Assembly: GCF_004010195.1 (NCBI RefSeq)
Contig: NC_057711.1
Span: 75,021,561-75,085,560 of the forward strand
DNA length: 64,000 bases
DNA from: Chiloscyllium plagiosum
Taxonomy: Eukaryota
Reading direction: 5' to 3'
Shown: piece after piece, positions 50,671 through 63,064 of the stretch
How positions within the stretch are numbered: the stretch's first letter is position 1
Layout: each line of letters starts with the position of its first letter
The notes under the pieces: generated by a model
The model's input: only the letters and a program-made list of their open reading frames with translations
Told to the model about the DNA's origin: nothing
Databases searched by the model: none
Position numbers and translations under genes: made by a program

Positions 50671-53600
50671 ATAGATATTTAGAATTAAATATTATTGTTT
50701 CCACTCCCTGTAGCATGACATCTGTTGAACAACTCGGTTGGTTCTATTAACATAAATGTCTCATTGTTATCTATACTATTTCAAACATGTTACCCCATGT
50801 TCTTATAAATTAAGTTAATGTAATGAGTGTATTGTGATTCTTACACAGACAAAGTTTAACCCATGCTGCTGACATCTTGATTGTTTATAAAGTGTCTTCA
50901 ATGTAAGCATCTAAACAGGGCTTTTACCAGGATCATTCAACAGTGGCATTGGTCAATACAGAGCAGAGCAATCACGATGAACAGAAGCATGTAAGTAGTT
51001 TGATTGCACAGTGATAGCAGCTTAATTTTACTAAGAAAATAACTATGCCTCTGTGGCTGCTTTAATGCTTCTAACTGGGTTCACATGACATTACATTTGA
51101 ATTTGATGCACTCTAGCCAAGATAAGTTCACTTTTTCTCTGTAACAAATTAAACCTCCTGAGAAATGCAGCATTATTTTTATTGAGAAGTGTGGTACTAT
51201 ATTGGCCTCAAAACAATGACTTCATCATTGAAACTTCATTCTGATATCCTAATTTTGTACATTTGAATTATTTTTATGAGTTAGTTGTGCTTTAGCATCA
51301 GAAATTCTCATTAAATCAGCTGGAAGATGGTCTGCTCTGAAAACGCATATATATTTTGAAAGCCACAATAGCTGCCTGTATTGAATAAATCTTGTGATGA
51401 TGCTTTAGCCTCGAACGCAGTTGGTCACTAATGATGGTGCTTATTGCTAAAGGATTTTTAGTTTAATCCTCTTTTCTGGTTCAGCATTCAATCCAGATTG
51501 CAGCATTGACTTCTGGGTAATGAAAAGAGACATCAATTTATCCTCAGTATGCTTTGAAATCTCTGACTGTTATATGTTACTGCTCTGCAAAACATTAAAT
51601 TAACCCTTTGAAGATTCTGGCATGAAAGAGGCAGCAAGTATATTACAGTATTCATACTGTCTTGCCCTCAGCACAGCAATACTGGAAAACTACTATTTTA
51701 TTACACGAAAACTTCCATCATTTTAGTTTGCTTGCTTTCATGTATTCTACTTCACAATTAATGCATTTACAGTTAAAATATTCAATGTTTCCTTCCACTA
51801 ATTCCGTATTAAATCCTGATTATATTAGTTGCACATTTCAGCACTCAGACGACAGTAAAACTATTTTACAAAATGAGTGACAAACAACAAAATATTTTGT
51901 GCCTTAATGGCCACATACAAAAAAACAAATGAATTTGAAGCACACGTTTAGAACAACGCTTGCATTAATTTGCTTGGTTGTCATCTCTGGCATACCTCTA
52001 CTTCTCAGATGGCTTTCAATAGATTTACTGCTGCATATTTCTCTGCAATTCTCTCCACAGCATGACTGATTGAGTTATTACTAAAGCTTCAAGGTAATTT
52101 TGCAGAGTTTTATCTTTGCTGCCTGAGCATTAAGGAACATGACTGCATAGCATAGAAAGAAAAATTGGATATGGAGGACTGCATCCCATAGTATAAAAGG
52201 ACGAAAAATCAGGCAGTCTCTGTTGGGGGTGGATGATTTTCCCTGTTCAACCTTCTGCCCTACATTGTAATTCTCAGATGGTTTAGAGAGGAATACTGAT
52301 AAGACAGCAAGTATTTTAATCTATGGCATTTGCAAGCAATGATAAAAATTTTCATCACTATCATTTTTGAATACTAGCCAAATGAAAACTGTACAATCAT
52401 GGCTTATTCTGCCAACAATTTTCAAGTCAGCTTAGATACTTTTTTTAAAACCCAGAATCTATTCAAATGTGTTCCAAATGCAAATGCTTTACCAACATAT
52501 GGTTCTTTTCCCATCAATGATTATGAATAGACGAATTCTGGTTAATGCAACCATGTAGTCTTTTTCAGCTATCTATCAAAGAACTTTGATGAGAAGATTC
52601 AGCACCACATTAAGTGTCTCAATAGTTGCTAGCCATTTGAGGACCCCATACCTTCTATAAAAAAAGACTCAGATGTATCTACAAAGATTATGATTTAAGT
52701 ACAGTCTGCTGTGTTCTCAATCCTATTCTACGATGCTGAATCCTTCATTACTAACAGCAGGCATCTCAAAACAATTGAGTAGTTGCATGAACGTTCTTAA
52801 AATGAAAACCAAGACCATGTTACAATCACTTCAATAAAATAGTCACTTTATAAACTCTAAACCAGGAGTGTTGCATATTTTTTTTTGCTTGGACTACAAT
52901 GTCAGTATGTAAGTAAGTATTCATGTATCTATTCACCTTTAATGTTATTAACTATTGAAAAATAATTTTCTCTTACTCAAAGCCACTGAATTTAACCTCT
53001 CAAAATCTAATTGTACTGTATTGAAAATATGCTGCAAGGCAAGTTTTGCTGTTTTGGCTGCATAGATGATTCCATATTTCTATGTTGAGAATCGAACACC
53101 AGCAATGTCAATAAAGAGAAAGAGCTATAAAGATAGTTTGAAAGTCCATTTCCTCAAATAAGGAATTGACAAAAGAGGAAACGATCAAAGGGTGTAAACT
53201 AAGTAGGCACTAGACATTGTTGATTAGTGTGGTTTCCTTCTATCTGAACTTTGTTAGTACAATCTATTCCCAGCCAGATGTTACCGTATATGTAATACTT
53301 GCAGCAAAGTATGCACATAATGCTACTTTGCTAAAATTAAATGCTAGAAAATGTTTCTATGTATTGAAAACTGCAAAGAAAACATAGTGTTCAAAGAATT
53401 GACAAAATTTCCTATTTCCTTATTTTCATACCAATAAATCAGGGCAATCAATTCTATATACTAAAATAACAGCGTCACTAGAGATCTAATTCCTCAGAGA
53501 ACATCATTCATCAAGATTGTGCATTGTCACAAGATATGGAACTGAGCAGAAACACAAATGTTCATATTTCTGTGGGCCCTGTTCGAGAGCTGGTTAAGTC

Positions 53601-53744
53601 TTCACCTTATGAATCACAATATACAAGAGAGATTGAGCAGATTTTAATGACTTGCAAAGTGGTGGAGCATCCATTTTGGGGCCATAATTCTCTTCATCTT
53701 CTTCTCAGGAAAACAAAAATTTGAACAATGCTGTCTATCACTGA

Positions 53745-55006
53745 GTTAAAAAAATCAAGCAAAAACAGGTTATAGTCCAACAGGTTTATTTGAGAGTACT
53801 AGCTTTCAGATAGCTACTCCTTCATCAGGTAATTAATGGGGCAGGATCATAAGACATAAAATTTACAAAAAGATCATCGTGTCATGCAACTGAAATAATA
53901 TGTTGAACAAACCTAGATTACTGTTAAGTCTTTCACCTTTTAGAATGGGTTGCAGGTATCAATTCATTAATATGTAAATCCAAGAATTTCTTTTCAAGTC
54001 TCATTCTTGAGATAACTTGAAGTTGTATAAAAAAAGGTAACATCTCAGCTCAAACAATGCATTAAAGGTGTGACATTAGCGCCTGTCTGCCTTCCAATCT
54101 TGAGTCAGATTGGTTCTATTTCCAAAGTAAGAATTTATAAAATGTCACATGCATTGACCACCTGCATTGACTGCCTGCAGATTGTGTGCTTTTTGAACAA
54201 AATAGAAAAACATTTCTGCCAATGCAAATTCACCCTATAGACTTATAGGTATGTGTGCATGCATGTGTGTGTGTGAGAGAGAGAGTGTGTGTGTGTATTT
54301 GTGTGAGAGTATGTGAGTGTGTGCTTGGTATAGTGTGTGCATGAGTGTGACAGGGTATAAGCCTGTGAGAGGTGTGGGTGTGAGGGTGTGAGGTGTTTGT
54401 GTGTGTGTTTGTCTGAGAGACAATGTGTGTATGAGAAAGGGTCTGTGTGAGTGTGTTAGCATGTAAGAGTGTGTGTGTATGTGTGTATGACTGTGTGGGA
54501 CACACACACATGCAAGCATGCGTGTACTCTTACATGCTCACAGTCACGCAAATCCTCTCTCATACACACGCTGTCTCTCAGACAAACACACATACATATA
54601 CACCACACATTCTCACCCACACGCACACTGTCTCACAGATTTATATTCTTTCACACACATACACACACTTTCCCAAGCACACACTCACATTCTCTCTCTC
54701 TCGCTTTCCCTCACATGCACACAGATACACGTATAAGTCTATAGAATGAATTTGCATTTGCAGAATTGTAATTGCAGCAACAATATATTTTCTTCAAAAA
54801 GTGCACAATCTGTTCAATATGTCATATCAGTTGCATGGCACTGTGATCTTTTGTTATAAATTCTGTGTCTTATGATCCTGCCCCACTAGTTACCTGATGT
54901 AGGAGCAGCGCTCTGAAAGTTAATACATCCAAATGGACTATAACCTGGTGTTGTGTGATTTCTAACTTGCCCACCCTAGTCCAACACCAGCACCTCTACA
55001 TCATGG
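53745..55006. mobile_element. 1.26-kb fold-back PLE-derived element (family B): hammerhead motif on each arm, (TG)n/(CA)n-like core, TSD
   Basis: TSD ctatcactga at 53735-53744 and 55007-55016; 53745-53910 is the reverse complement of about 54810-54966 and 54170-54480 of 54525-54810. Confidence 0.88.
53797..53832 (-). ncRNA. Hammerhead motif (family B), intact core with weakened stem II
   Basis: Minus strand UAC-CUGAUGA-A-GGAGUAGCUAUCU-GAAA-GCUA^GUA; palindromic AGCU stem III. Confidence 0.6.
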
Positions 55007-55268
55007 CTATCACTGAAATGGAGTTGCATTAGCAACTTAGCAAATTGCTAACAAACTGCATACATATAGGGACAGATACTCTCCACAACAGAAGATAGAT
55101 GGAGGAAGCATCAACTTGCAGAATAATCAATTAGTGACGCAAGTTAATATGAGATTGTCTGCCATGGAGAAAATGGCCACCTCTGTGCAACTGAACTGTG
55201 GCTTAAAAATTAATCCATGCTGGCATTTTTGTGACCATGCAACAACAATAGCAATTTGAATTTATGTG

Positions 55269-55711
55269 AGTTTTGAGAAGATTTGTAGCTCAGGTTGAGG
55301 TTCTGGATGGAGGTTTGTTCACTGAGCTGGGAGATTCATTTCCAGACGTTTTGTCATCCTACTAGGTAACATCTTCAGTGGGCCTCAGGCGAAGCACTGC
55401 ACATGATTCCTACTTTCTATTTATATGTTTGGGTTTCTTTGGGTTGGTGATGTCATTTCCTGTGGTGATGTCATTTACTGTTCTTTTTCTTAGGGGTGGC
55501 GGTAGATGCGGTCTAACTCGATGTGTTTATTGATAGACAAGCACATCGAGTTCGGCCCCATCTACCAGTCCCTGAGTAAAAGAACAGGAAATGACATCGC
55601 CACAGGAAATGACATCATCACAGGAAGTGACATCACCAACCCAAAGAAACCCAAACATATAAGTAGAAAGCAGGAATCATGTACACTGCTTCACCTGAGG
55701 CCCACTCAAGA
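55269..55711. mobile_element. Fold-back PLE-derived element (family C-related) with GIY-YIG C-terminal remnant
   Basis: About 170-bp inverted arms around 55535; imperfect TSD tg.a.ttatgtg at 55257-55268 and 55712-55723; DKHIEFGPIYQSL; mutated hammerhead CUGAAGA-UGUUACCUAGUAGGAUGAC-AAAA-CGUC on minus at 55341-55380. Confidence 0.82.
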
Positions 55712-56904
55712 TGGAGTTATGTGTATTGCACATTTAACATAGTAAGAAGTCCAAGGTACTTTGAACATAAACTTGTCTCTTGCATTAAATATAATGATAG
55801 TTAGTTAATCTATGTCCATACATCACACATTGATCTACTGATCTTCATCAATGTGATCTGCAGCAAAGAGGTAAAGGTTCGGACACACAGGAGATGGATG
55901 ATTTCAATAGGGAACATTGAAGTAGTAGCTCCACTCAAACTGCCCTTAATTCTCATCCTCTGCCAGCGTCAGTCAGTATCCAACATGGTATCTCATCTCC
56001 TCGTGTACATACCTAATCTGCTTCGGTATAAGCAAAGCAGTCTTTGGCAAGGACATTAGGAGCTCAAAAGCCCAAAGAGCTTTTGTAAAGCAAGCATGTC
56101 ATCACCATCATCAGGACAAAGATAGAACAACCAGCTTCCATCTTTGTTAAAGTCACATGGAATGTACCACATAGAAAAGAGAAGTCACATTGTAATTTAC
56201 CAAGAGTATGCATGTGGGTATTTGAAAAAATGGTATGTTGTCAAATTTCATTTTCTTGTTTAAAAAATGCCCAAAAATGTTTTGGCAAAACTTCCATGTT
56301 TTTTCAACTTATTCTCTGTGTGTTAGTGTGCCTTTTCATTTCTTTATTGGTAAATGTTATGATAAAACAGCACCCATTAGGTGATGTGCAATGGAATAAG
56401 CATGGCTGGTAAACTGTGTGAATCTGCAAAAAGTGTGAATCTGTGCTAATTTTGGATCTCATTTCTGATTGTTCCATTTAGTATATTTAACTAAAGCTTC
56501 AAGTTACGATGGTATCTTTCTCATCCCAGGCAGCAATGGGTTTGGATGTTCAGGTGATACTTGTTCCCATGTTTATATTTCTTCTCCTACTCCTTTTCAT
56601 CCTCTTCTTCAGAGTTCTTACTGTCTGAAGAGGTTCAACAAACACTTTGTTCTTAGACTACTTCATAACGCTGCCGTGCAATGTTGCAGATGACACAGCA
56701 TTACCCCGTGGTCACCTTTACTGGCAATTCATGAATTTGATTGGTTCAATTTGATTTAACCTTTATTGTCATGTCTACTCAAGTACAAAATACAGGAGTA
56801 CAGTGAAAAGTGTCCAATGTCGCCACACACAATGCAATCTTAGGTGCAAACGCACCTAGGTACAACTTGTAACATGTAAAACAAAATTAAAAGTTAAAAC
56901 CAAA

Positions 56905-57360
56905 AGACGCGATATGGAACATCAGCCATTGTATCAACTATGGTCACTAGCCTCATTTCATCTGGTGATCTCCCCCCGTATTGCCTCCTAGCTGATCATG
57001 TCCCAACCCCACACAGCTCGCTTCCACCTCCTTCCAAAAATCCAGAACTATGACTGCCCAACCAGATCCATTATTTCTGTCTGCTCTTTCCCCACAGAAC
57101 ACATGTCTTCCTACCTTGACTTGGTTTTTTTCTCTCCTGTTTCAGTCCCTTTCCGTGATTTCTCTGACGCTTTACGCCAGTTTCAGAATTTCCAATTTGC
57201 AGGCTCCGGCTACTTCCTCTTCACCACGGACCCTCCTTCACGTCCATCCCCATCAGGATGGTCTCAGGTCTCTTCGCTTCTTCCTGAAGCAAAGGCTTGA
57301 ACCGTCCCCACCCACCACCACCCTCCACCACCTGGCCCAGCTTGTCCTCACTCAACACAA
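56905..57360 (+). mobile_element. PLE RT fragment
   Basis: QPHTARFHLLPKIQNYDCPTRSIISVCSFPTEHMSSYLD resembles the PLE LPKIHK..RPIVS motif. Confidence 0.82.
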
Positions 57361-57364
57361 CAGG

Positions 57365-57715
57365 AGTATTTTGTACCATCTGCATGGTATGTTGTGGAAA
57401 TACACCAAGTTTCATTAGGCAGCACCTCCTGAACCCCAAACCACTACTATTTAGAAGGACAAGGACTACTGATATATGAAAACACCATCACCCATAATTT
57501 TCTCTCCAAGCCAGTCAACATCCTGACTTGGAAATTATTGTAATTCCTTCAGTTTTGCTGGGTCAAAGTCATGGAATTCCTGCATAAGGGCATAATGTAT
57601 CTACCTTTAGCTCAGGAACTGGAGCAGTTCAAGAACCATCTTCTCAAGGGCAACTAGGGATGGGCAACAAACCCATGGGCTAGCAATGCCCACACTCCAT
57701 GAATGAATAAAAGAA
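57365..57715 (+). mobile_element. CR1/L2-group LINE family 2, 3' end
   Basis: Matches 45580-45930; ends catgaatgaataaaag. Confidence 0.8.
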
Positions 57716-60700
57716 ACTTAAATATAAAAATGTGCCATGGAATTTATCATTCTCCAAATTAAGACCTCACTGTGAAACATTTGCCAAAGTGAACCATCCA
57801 AGTAATTGTAAACACTGAAAGCTAGATCATCCCAAAGAGTTTCAAGTTCCACCATCAGAGCCAAAAACTGGAGCCAATAAAAGACTAGATAGGCAGATCC
57901 CACAGACTGGAGGGGTGAGGACTATTTCAATGATGCTGTCTTAGGCACTGAAATAGCAATTGTCACAGCAGGAGATGAACTGCCATGGACCTTGGATGTC
58001 CCAATGTGGAGGATAACTACTCCGCTACATGATGGGAGGCTGCTAGGGTTTACCAGGCAATCCCTCCATATGACATAATTCCATCCTGCTCTGGTAAAAT
58101 CCTGCAAAGAGCAACTAATTGTATCAAATGGTCACTCAGTGGACAGCACTGCCACTAATGCTCCTCAGCTAGTGATGTACCAAGGCAGCAGGAATAAGGC
58201 GAGATCCCCTCCTGTCATCTTCCTCTGCATATTTCCAGCTCTCCCTCACACCTTGCCTGTCACCAGAGGGCCATGTGTTCAGCCTTGAGTCTTCCCTGAG
58301 ATTTGGCAATCCAAATTTTAAAGGCTCCCCACGGATTACACCTCAATCTTGTCTTTATTTCACTGATGAGTTCCCTGGTTCCTGAGAAATTATTGCTGAA
58401 GGCGGTAAATTCACATGCCTGTTTAATTCAATTAAAATTCACCTTTCTGCCATATGCTGATGCTTTAAACAGCTATTGTAGTTACTGACCTGTCTGTGTT
58501 AATGATTGTGCTCCAACAAGCAGGTTACTCACACACAGGCAAATCTGCATCTGTTAGATCCAGAAGTAGGCATGTTTAAGCTGGGCTGTGATCACACTTC
58601 ATTATTAATTTTTTTAAATTTCGAATCTGACCCCAATTCATTCATGCTTGGGCTCCCACAGAGACAAGGAAGACTCTAACTCTTGCTAATGGCATAAAAT
58701 GTCAGTACACAGATTTGAAACCTCTAAACGAACGTAGTTCCACTGTATACAGTGTAATGTTTGCAACATGTCCTTATTCATTACATATTTACTGAATTTG
58801 CTTTTTCGGAACTGAGCCCAGATATAGCTGCTTACCTCACTGGTGTTGAAGACCTGTGAGAAGCATTCATGTTCTACATAGCTCACTATTAAGCTAAAAG
58901 GTATATTAACAAAACTAAGCTTTTTGGGTTCAGCCTTCAGCAGTCCCTGTTAAGGTTGTTTGTTAGGCCATATGTAATCCAAATAATCTTGGCACCTGCT
59001 CTGCTTAGGACAGACAATTTCTGAAAATGAATCCTAAAACAGGCATTTGGCTCGTCATTACCAAAGGCAAGGACTTGAAACCTTGTTTAAGGAAGCTGCC
59101 AGGGATATCTGAAAGATTGAGGCACAGCAATTTCCTTGCTGTCGACTAATTTGGCCTTTGCCTTTGATCCTTTTTTGCCCTCAAGCTGCAGTCACAACCA
59201 GGCGCAATAAGGTCCAATTTCTCCCTTTTTTTTCTGAAGCTACCCACATACAAATAGATGATCTCCTGAGTAGGTTTGGGTACTGCAGAGATGCATTCTG
59301 TAAAGAAGTTACCATTTTATTTAATTTATGGTAATAATACTAAATATTTTTAGGTTAATAAAAACCCACATGTTCTCCAACAGAGCAGAGCACTGACATG
59401 TTAGCACACGTGCAGAATTCTTAACTTTGGAAATAGCACTATGGCATGGGTTGGCCACATGTTACTCTATACAATGACTTCTTGGGATTAGTATCTTCAA
59501 AATAATTGAGGTCCTTATGTCCTGGTACAAGTTTATAGGAGTGGCTCGTAAGCAAAAAAATCATATATACCATGGGAGCTCATGAAACAGAAGTTTGACC
59601 TTGGCCCTTACAGCAACTGGTTTGACTGGATGAGAAAAAAAAACTAGAATTACTGTACTTGTCCACAGGCTTCAGCATAAAGTGAATTGATTTAAACTGC
59701 TTTTGGAAATGATTGAAGAACCTGTAAATTGTGAGAAAGTCTGTTTCTGCAATCAAAGGCCAATGACTGCAGCTCTGATGAAATGTTCAACTGTTTGCAT
59801 ATTTTCCTTCTGTCAAAATGAGTAGAAGGTTCCACTTATTTTCTGGAATGATTTATGCATTGATCTTGAACTGCCAACTCCTATAACAAGAGTGTTTGCT
59901 GCCTTAAATAATGTACAGCATATCAAACCGTGCCTTAAAGCATTTCAACATGCTTGCACAGGTGTATACAATCTAAACTTTAACTAACAAGCTGTCGTTG
60001 TTTTTGAGTCATTGCATTTTTGAAATCATAGAAAATGTAATAAATTTCCTTTTGGTAGGTTTGTCTTATATATAAAAAAGTCAGCCATAAATAAAGCATT
60101 TATATTAGAGATGGTACTTATCAGACTGTGTTACAAAATGGCTACAGTGTGAAGTAAAATTTAGATTGAAGGACAACCATGAAAATGACTTTGGGTAGGG
60201 GAGAAAAACCATTATAAGACTTATATCTGCTTTGAGGCAAAATTGCCAAAGCAGTTATACGGGGTTAAAATCGTTAAAAGAAACAGACATTTCCATCCTT
60301 TTGGCACTAAAGTCAGTCTGGATTAAACCTGACAGTTCCTCCATTTCAGGAACCTGATCCAGTGCAGATACTGTATGCGTCTGCAGTGTTGGAGCTTTGA
60401 ACTGTCTGCTTGGAAGAGATGTTCATTAAACTACCCACTGCACTCTGAGCTGGGATGCAGTCCAAAAGAGTTAGAAATGATTGGTGGATCGTCGGAGATT
60501 TCTGCTTGTGAAAGAGATGTCTGTGATTAAGCTGCAGTTTATGAAATTGTTGAAGTGCTTATAGTACAGTCCAATTTCAGTGTATTTGCAAAACAGTCAC
60601 CAACTATATTTGTATTCAAGCATTTATATCAGGAAAATGTTGCTTATGTGAGCCAACATACCAGATTGTTTCTTGCTTTGAATTCAAAATAGATTTAATT

Positions 60701-62284
60701 GGTGCAAAATACCACTTTGTTATATTATTAGCAACTTTCAAATAACAATGATCACCTGCTGCAGTTTGTTCTTTTGATTTAAAAGATAATTGCTGCATAA
60801 AATGTGTCAGTGTCAAAAATTCCCTCCTATTTTCTCCATAGTGTGTAAAACAATAAAAAAATGAACAATTTAGTTGAAATATCAACAAATCAACATTAAA
60901 CATATGAGCTGACCTGTAATACAATGTTATAGTGTCTTCAAATGGGAACCAACAGATTCACAAAAAGAAAATAATTTTGCTGACAGTGATTGTGCAGGTG
61001 AGATGTGGCAAGTATTAGCTGTAGCACAGTAGATAACTCTCTTGCATGTGGTTGAAAGATTATTAACAGAATTTTCCCAGCAGCTGAATGACGTGGGTAA
61101 TGGTGAGAAAATGGTGAGAATTAGGTGAGAATGAGAAAACAAGATTCTGACGTTGAGGAAAATAAATTTGATTTTCTCCTTGATGTTCCAATGGCTAAAT
61201 GAGAATATTGCTAGTAAGCAGTCCAGACATTATTTCATTACTAGCTAATCTCATCTATTTTATATACAGGTTGCTATTCTCCCAGGTGGCACTAAGCCCT
61301 AACCAGAAAACTACCTGGCAGCTGCAATTTACCAGAGTCTTCTCCTACCCTTCATGTGGATTTCCATTCTTCAATCTCCCAGCACGCTCCATTGGTGGTG
61401 GTCATCTCCATCTTTCATCCATAAAAGTCAGCATCAACAAAGCAGCAGGCTGACCACACATCGTGGTTGATCTCAGACTTATAATACAGTCCAAAACTGC
61501 AATACTGTACATTGGAGCTTACTGCCACCTTACATTGTAATGCTCCTGCTATTCAGGTACACACTCACATATTGTATATCAGAGTAGGGTACATCTCAGT
61601 ACTCTTAACTTGATGTCCTAGCACTCAATTACTATGTGCTTGGATGAATACACTATTTCTGACTTGCCTTGCCTTTTAGCATCAATAGTAAGTCAGACAG
61701 ATTGTTATGGCTGTCAGTCGTCAAGAGGGTGGACATATTGCTGTGCGCCATCACATTATGTTAATATTACACCTTCAGCATATGTTAGCAGCTTACATGT
61801 CAAACACATAAATGGCTGTATCTCAAAGTCTAAGTGGAGTAGTTCTTAGTTGAGTCAAACGGAATATAGCCACACTCAGTCAAGAGCATCATCCAATCTC
61901 AATACAGGTTGGCCATGTTCAGTCCTGAAGGCCAAGCACAGGCAATCTTGCTATTGAAGGAAGATCAGACAGGAAGCCATGAAGATATCAATCCAGGCAT
62001 GGGCTAGTTTTCCCTGCAATGGGTCAAAATGAGGGACCAGGTAGTATGGAAGTAGGTGAAAGAGTAATTAATGGTTGTGCAGGAGCAGCAGAGGTGGTGA
62101 GGTGTCCCCAGTCAATGAGTAGATTGTGCAGAGGTCAGCAGGGTTACTACTTCAGGAAGCTGAGAGCCACTGAGAGAAGATGCTGCATGCAATCACGGAA
62201 GTGGTAGGCCCTGAGGCTTGGCTGAAAGATGTCTGCAGTAGCAGACACAGAATGGATGAAAGCTAGCATAGAGTAGAAGGTGGC

Positions 62285-62495
62285 ACTCACCCTTGTGAAA
62301 CACTTAAGGCCATTGCTTTTCTTACAGCGTTGTTGCACATTTCCTCTGATTATTGAAACTGCAAGACTTTAGTTCTGTCTGGTGCCATGGTGACTGTTGA
62401 TGACCCTGAGGAAAGAGATGGGCCCCCTTTTCACCAGAACATCCAGGTCCCTGTCCACGAATTGGGGTTCAAACTTCCCTTTTGGTACTGTTGCA
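62285..62495 (-). mobile_element. Remnant of a PIF/Harbinger-type Myb/SANT-like exon (element probably extends over about 61300-62700)
   Basis: Minus strand KGKFEPQFVDRDLDVLV and AVSIIRGNVQQRCKKSNGL..TR followed by donor gtgagt; resembles the PRFSDxxLxxL...QCRKKxNDL pattern. Confidence 0.5.
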
Positions 62496-62769
62496 TTTTG
62501 GATTGCTGATGAGCAACACACCTTAAATGGTCACTCCTGGCTTTCAGCATTTGAAATGGTACACAGCTAGGGTTTAAGTATGCTCCTTGTGTCATTAATA
62601 CCAGTCAATCCTGGCACCAGCAAGCCCCTCAACCCCATACTGACCACTAGATTTCACCAGTGTGGTGATATGGAAGCTGGATCCCAAATTAATGTCACTA
62701 TGGCTCACTTTGGGAAACCCTCATTGAAACTCCCTGAAATTGACATTTAGCCAAAACACGGGAAGATTC

Positions 62770-63060
62770 AATCTTATGTATTCAAGATGAGTGTAAAATT
62801 CTAGGCTGATCCTCTCTTGCAATACTGAGAGAGTGCTGTACAGTCAATGAAGCATTATCCTTGGTGTCCTGGCCAATATTTATTCCTCAATCTACATCAC
62901 AAAAACAGATTGCCATTTGTCAAACTATTGTCTACAAATAGTCTGTTGTATTTCCTATATCACAACAGTGATTAAACCTGAAAAGTACTTCATTAGCTAT
63001 AAAGCACTTTGAGATGTGTTATAATCATGAAAGATACGGTAAGAATGGTCTTTCCTTCTC
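62770..63060 (+). mobile_element. SacSINE/DeuSINE-like ancient SINE with internal deletions
   Basis: ggtgtcctggccaatatttattcctcaa..catcac.aaaacagatt and aaaagtacttcattagctataaagcactttgaga resemble Deu-domain and L2-like tail sequence (recall). Confidence 0.65.
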
Positions 63061-63064
63061 AAGA

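Noticed and set aside
54230..54749. His/Thr-rich and Cys/Val-rich ORFs
   Set aside because: Translations of CA/TG microsatellite-like sequence
60355..60530. Acceptor followed by 59 open codons (NLIQCRYCMRLQCWSFELSAWKR...)
   Set aside because: No recognisable homology or supporting exon; compatible with chance or an old repeat
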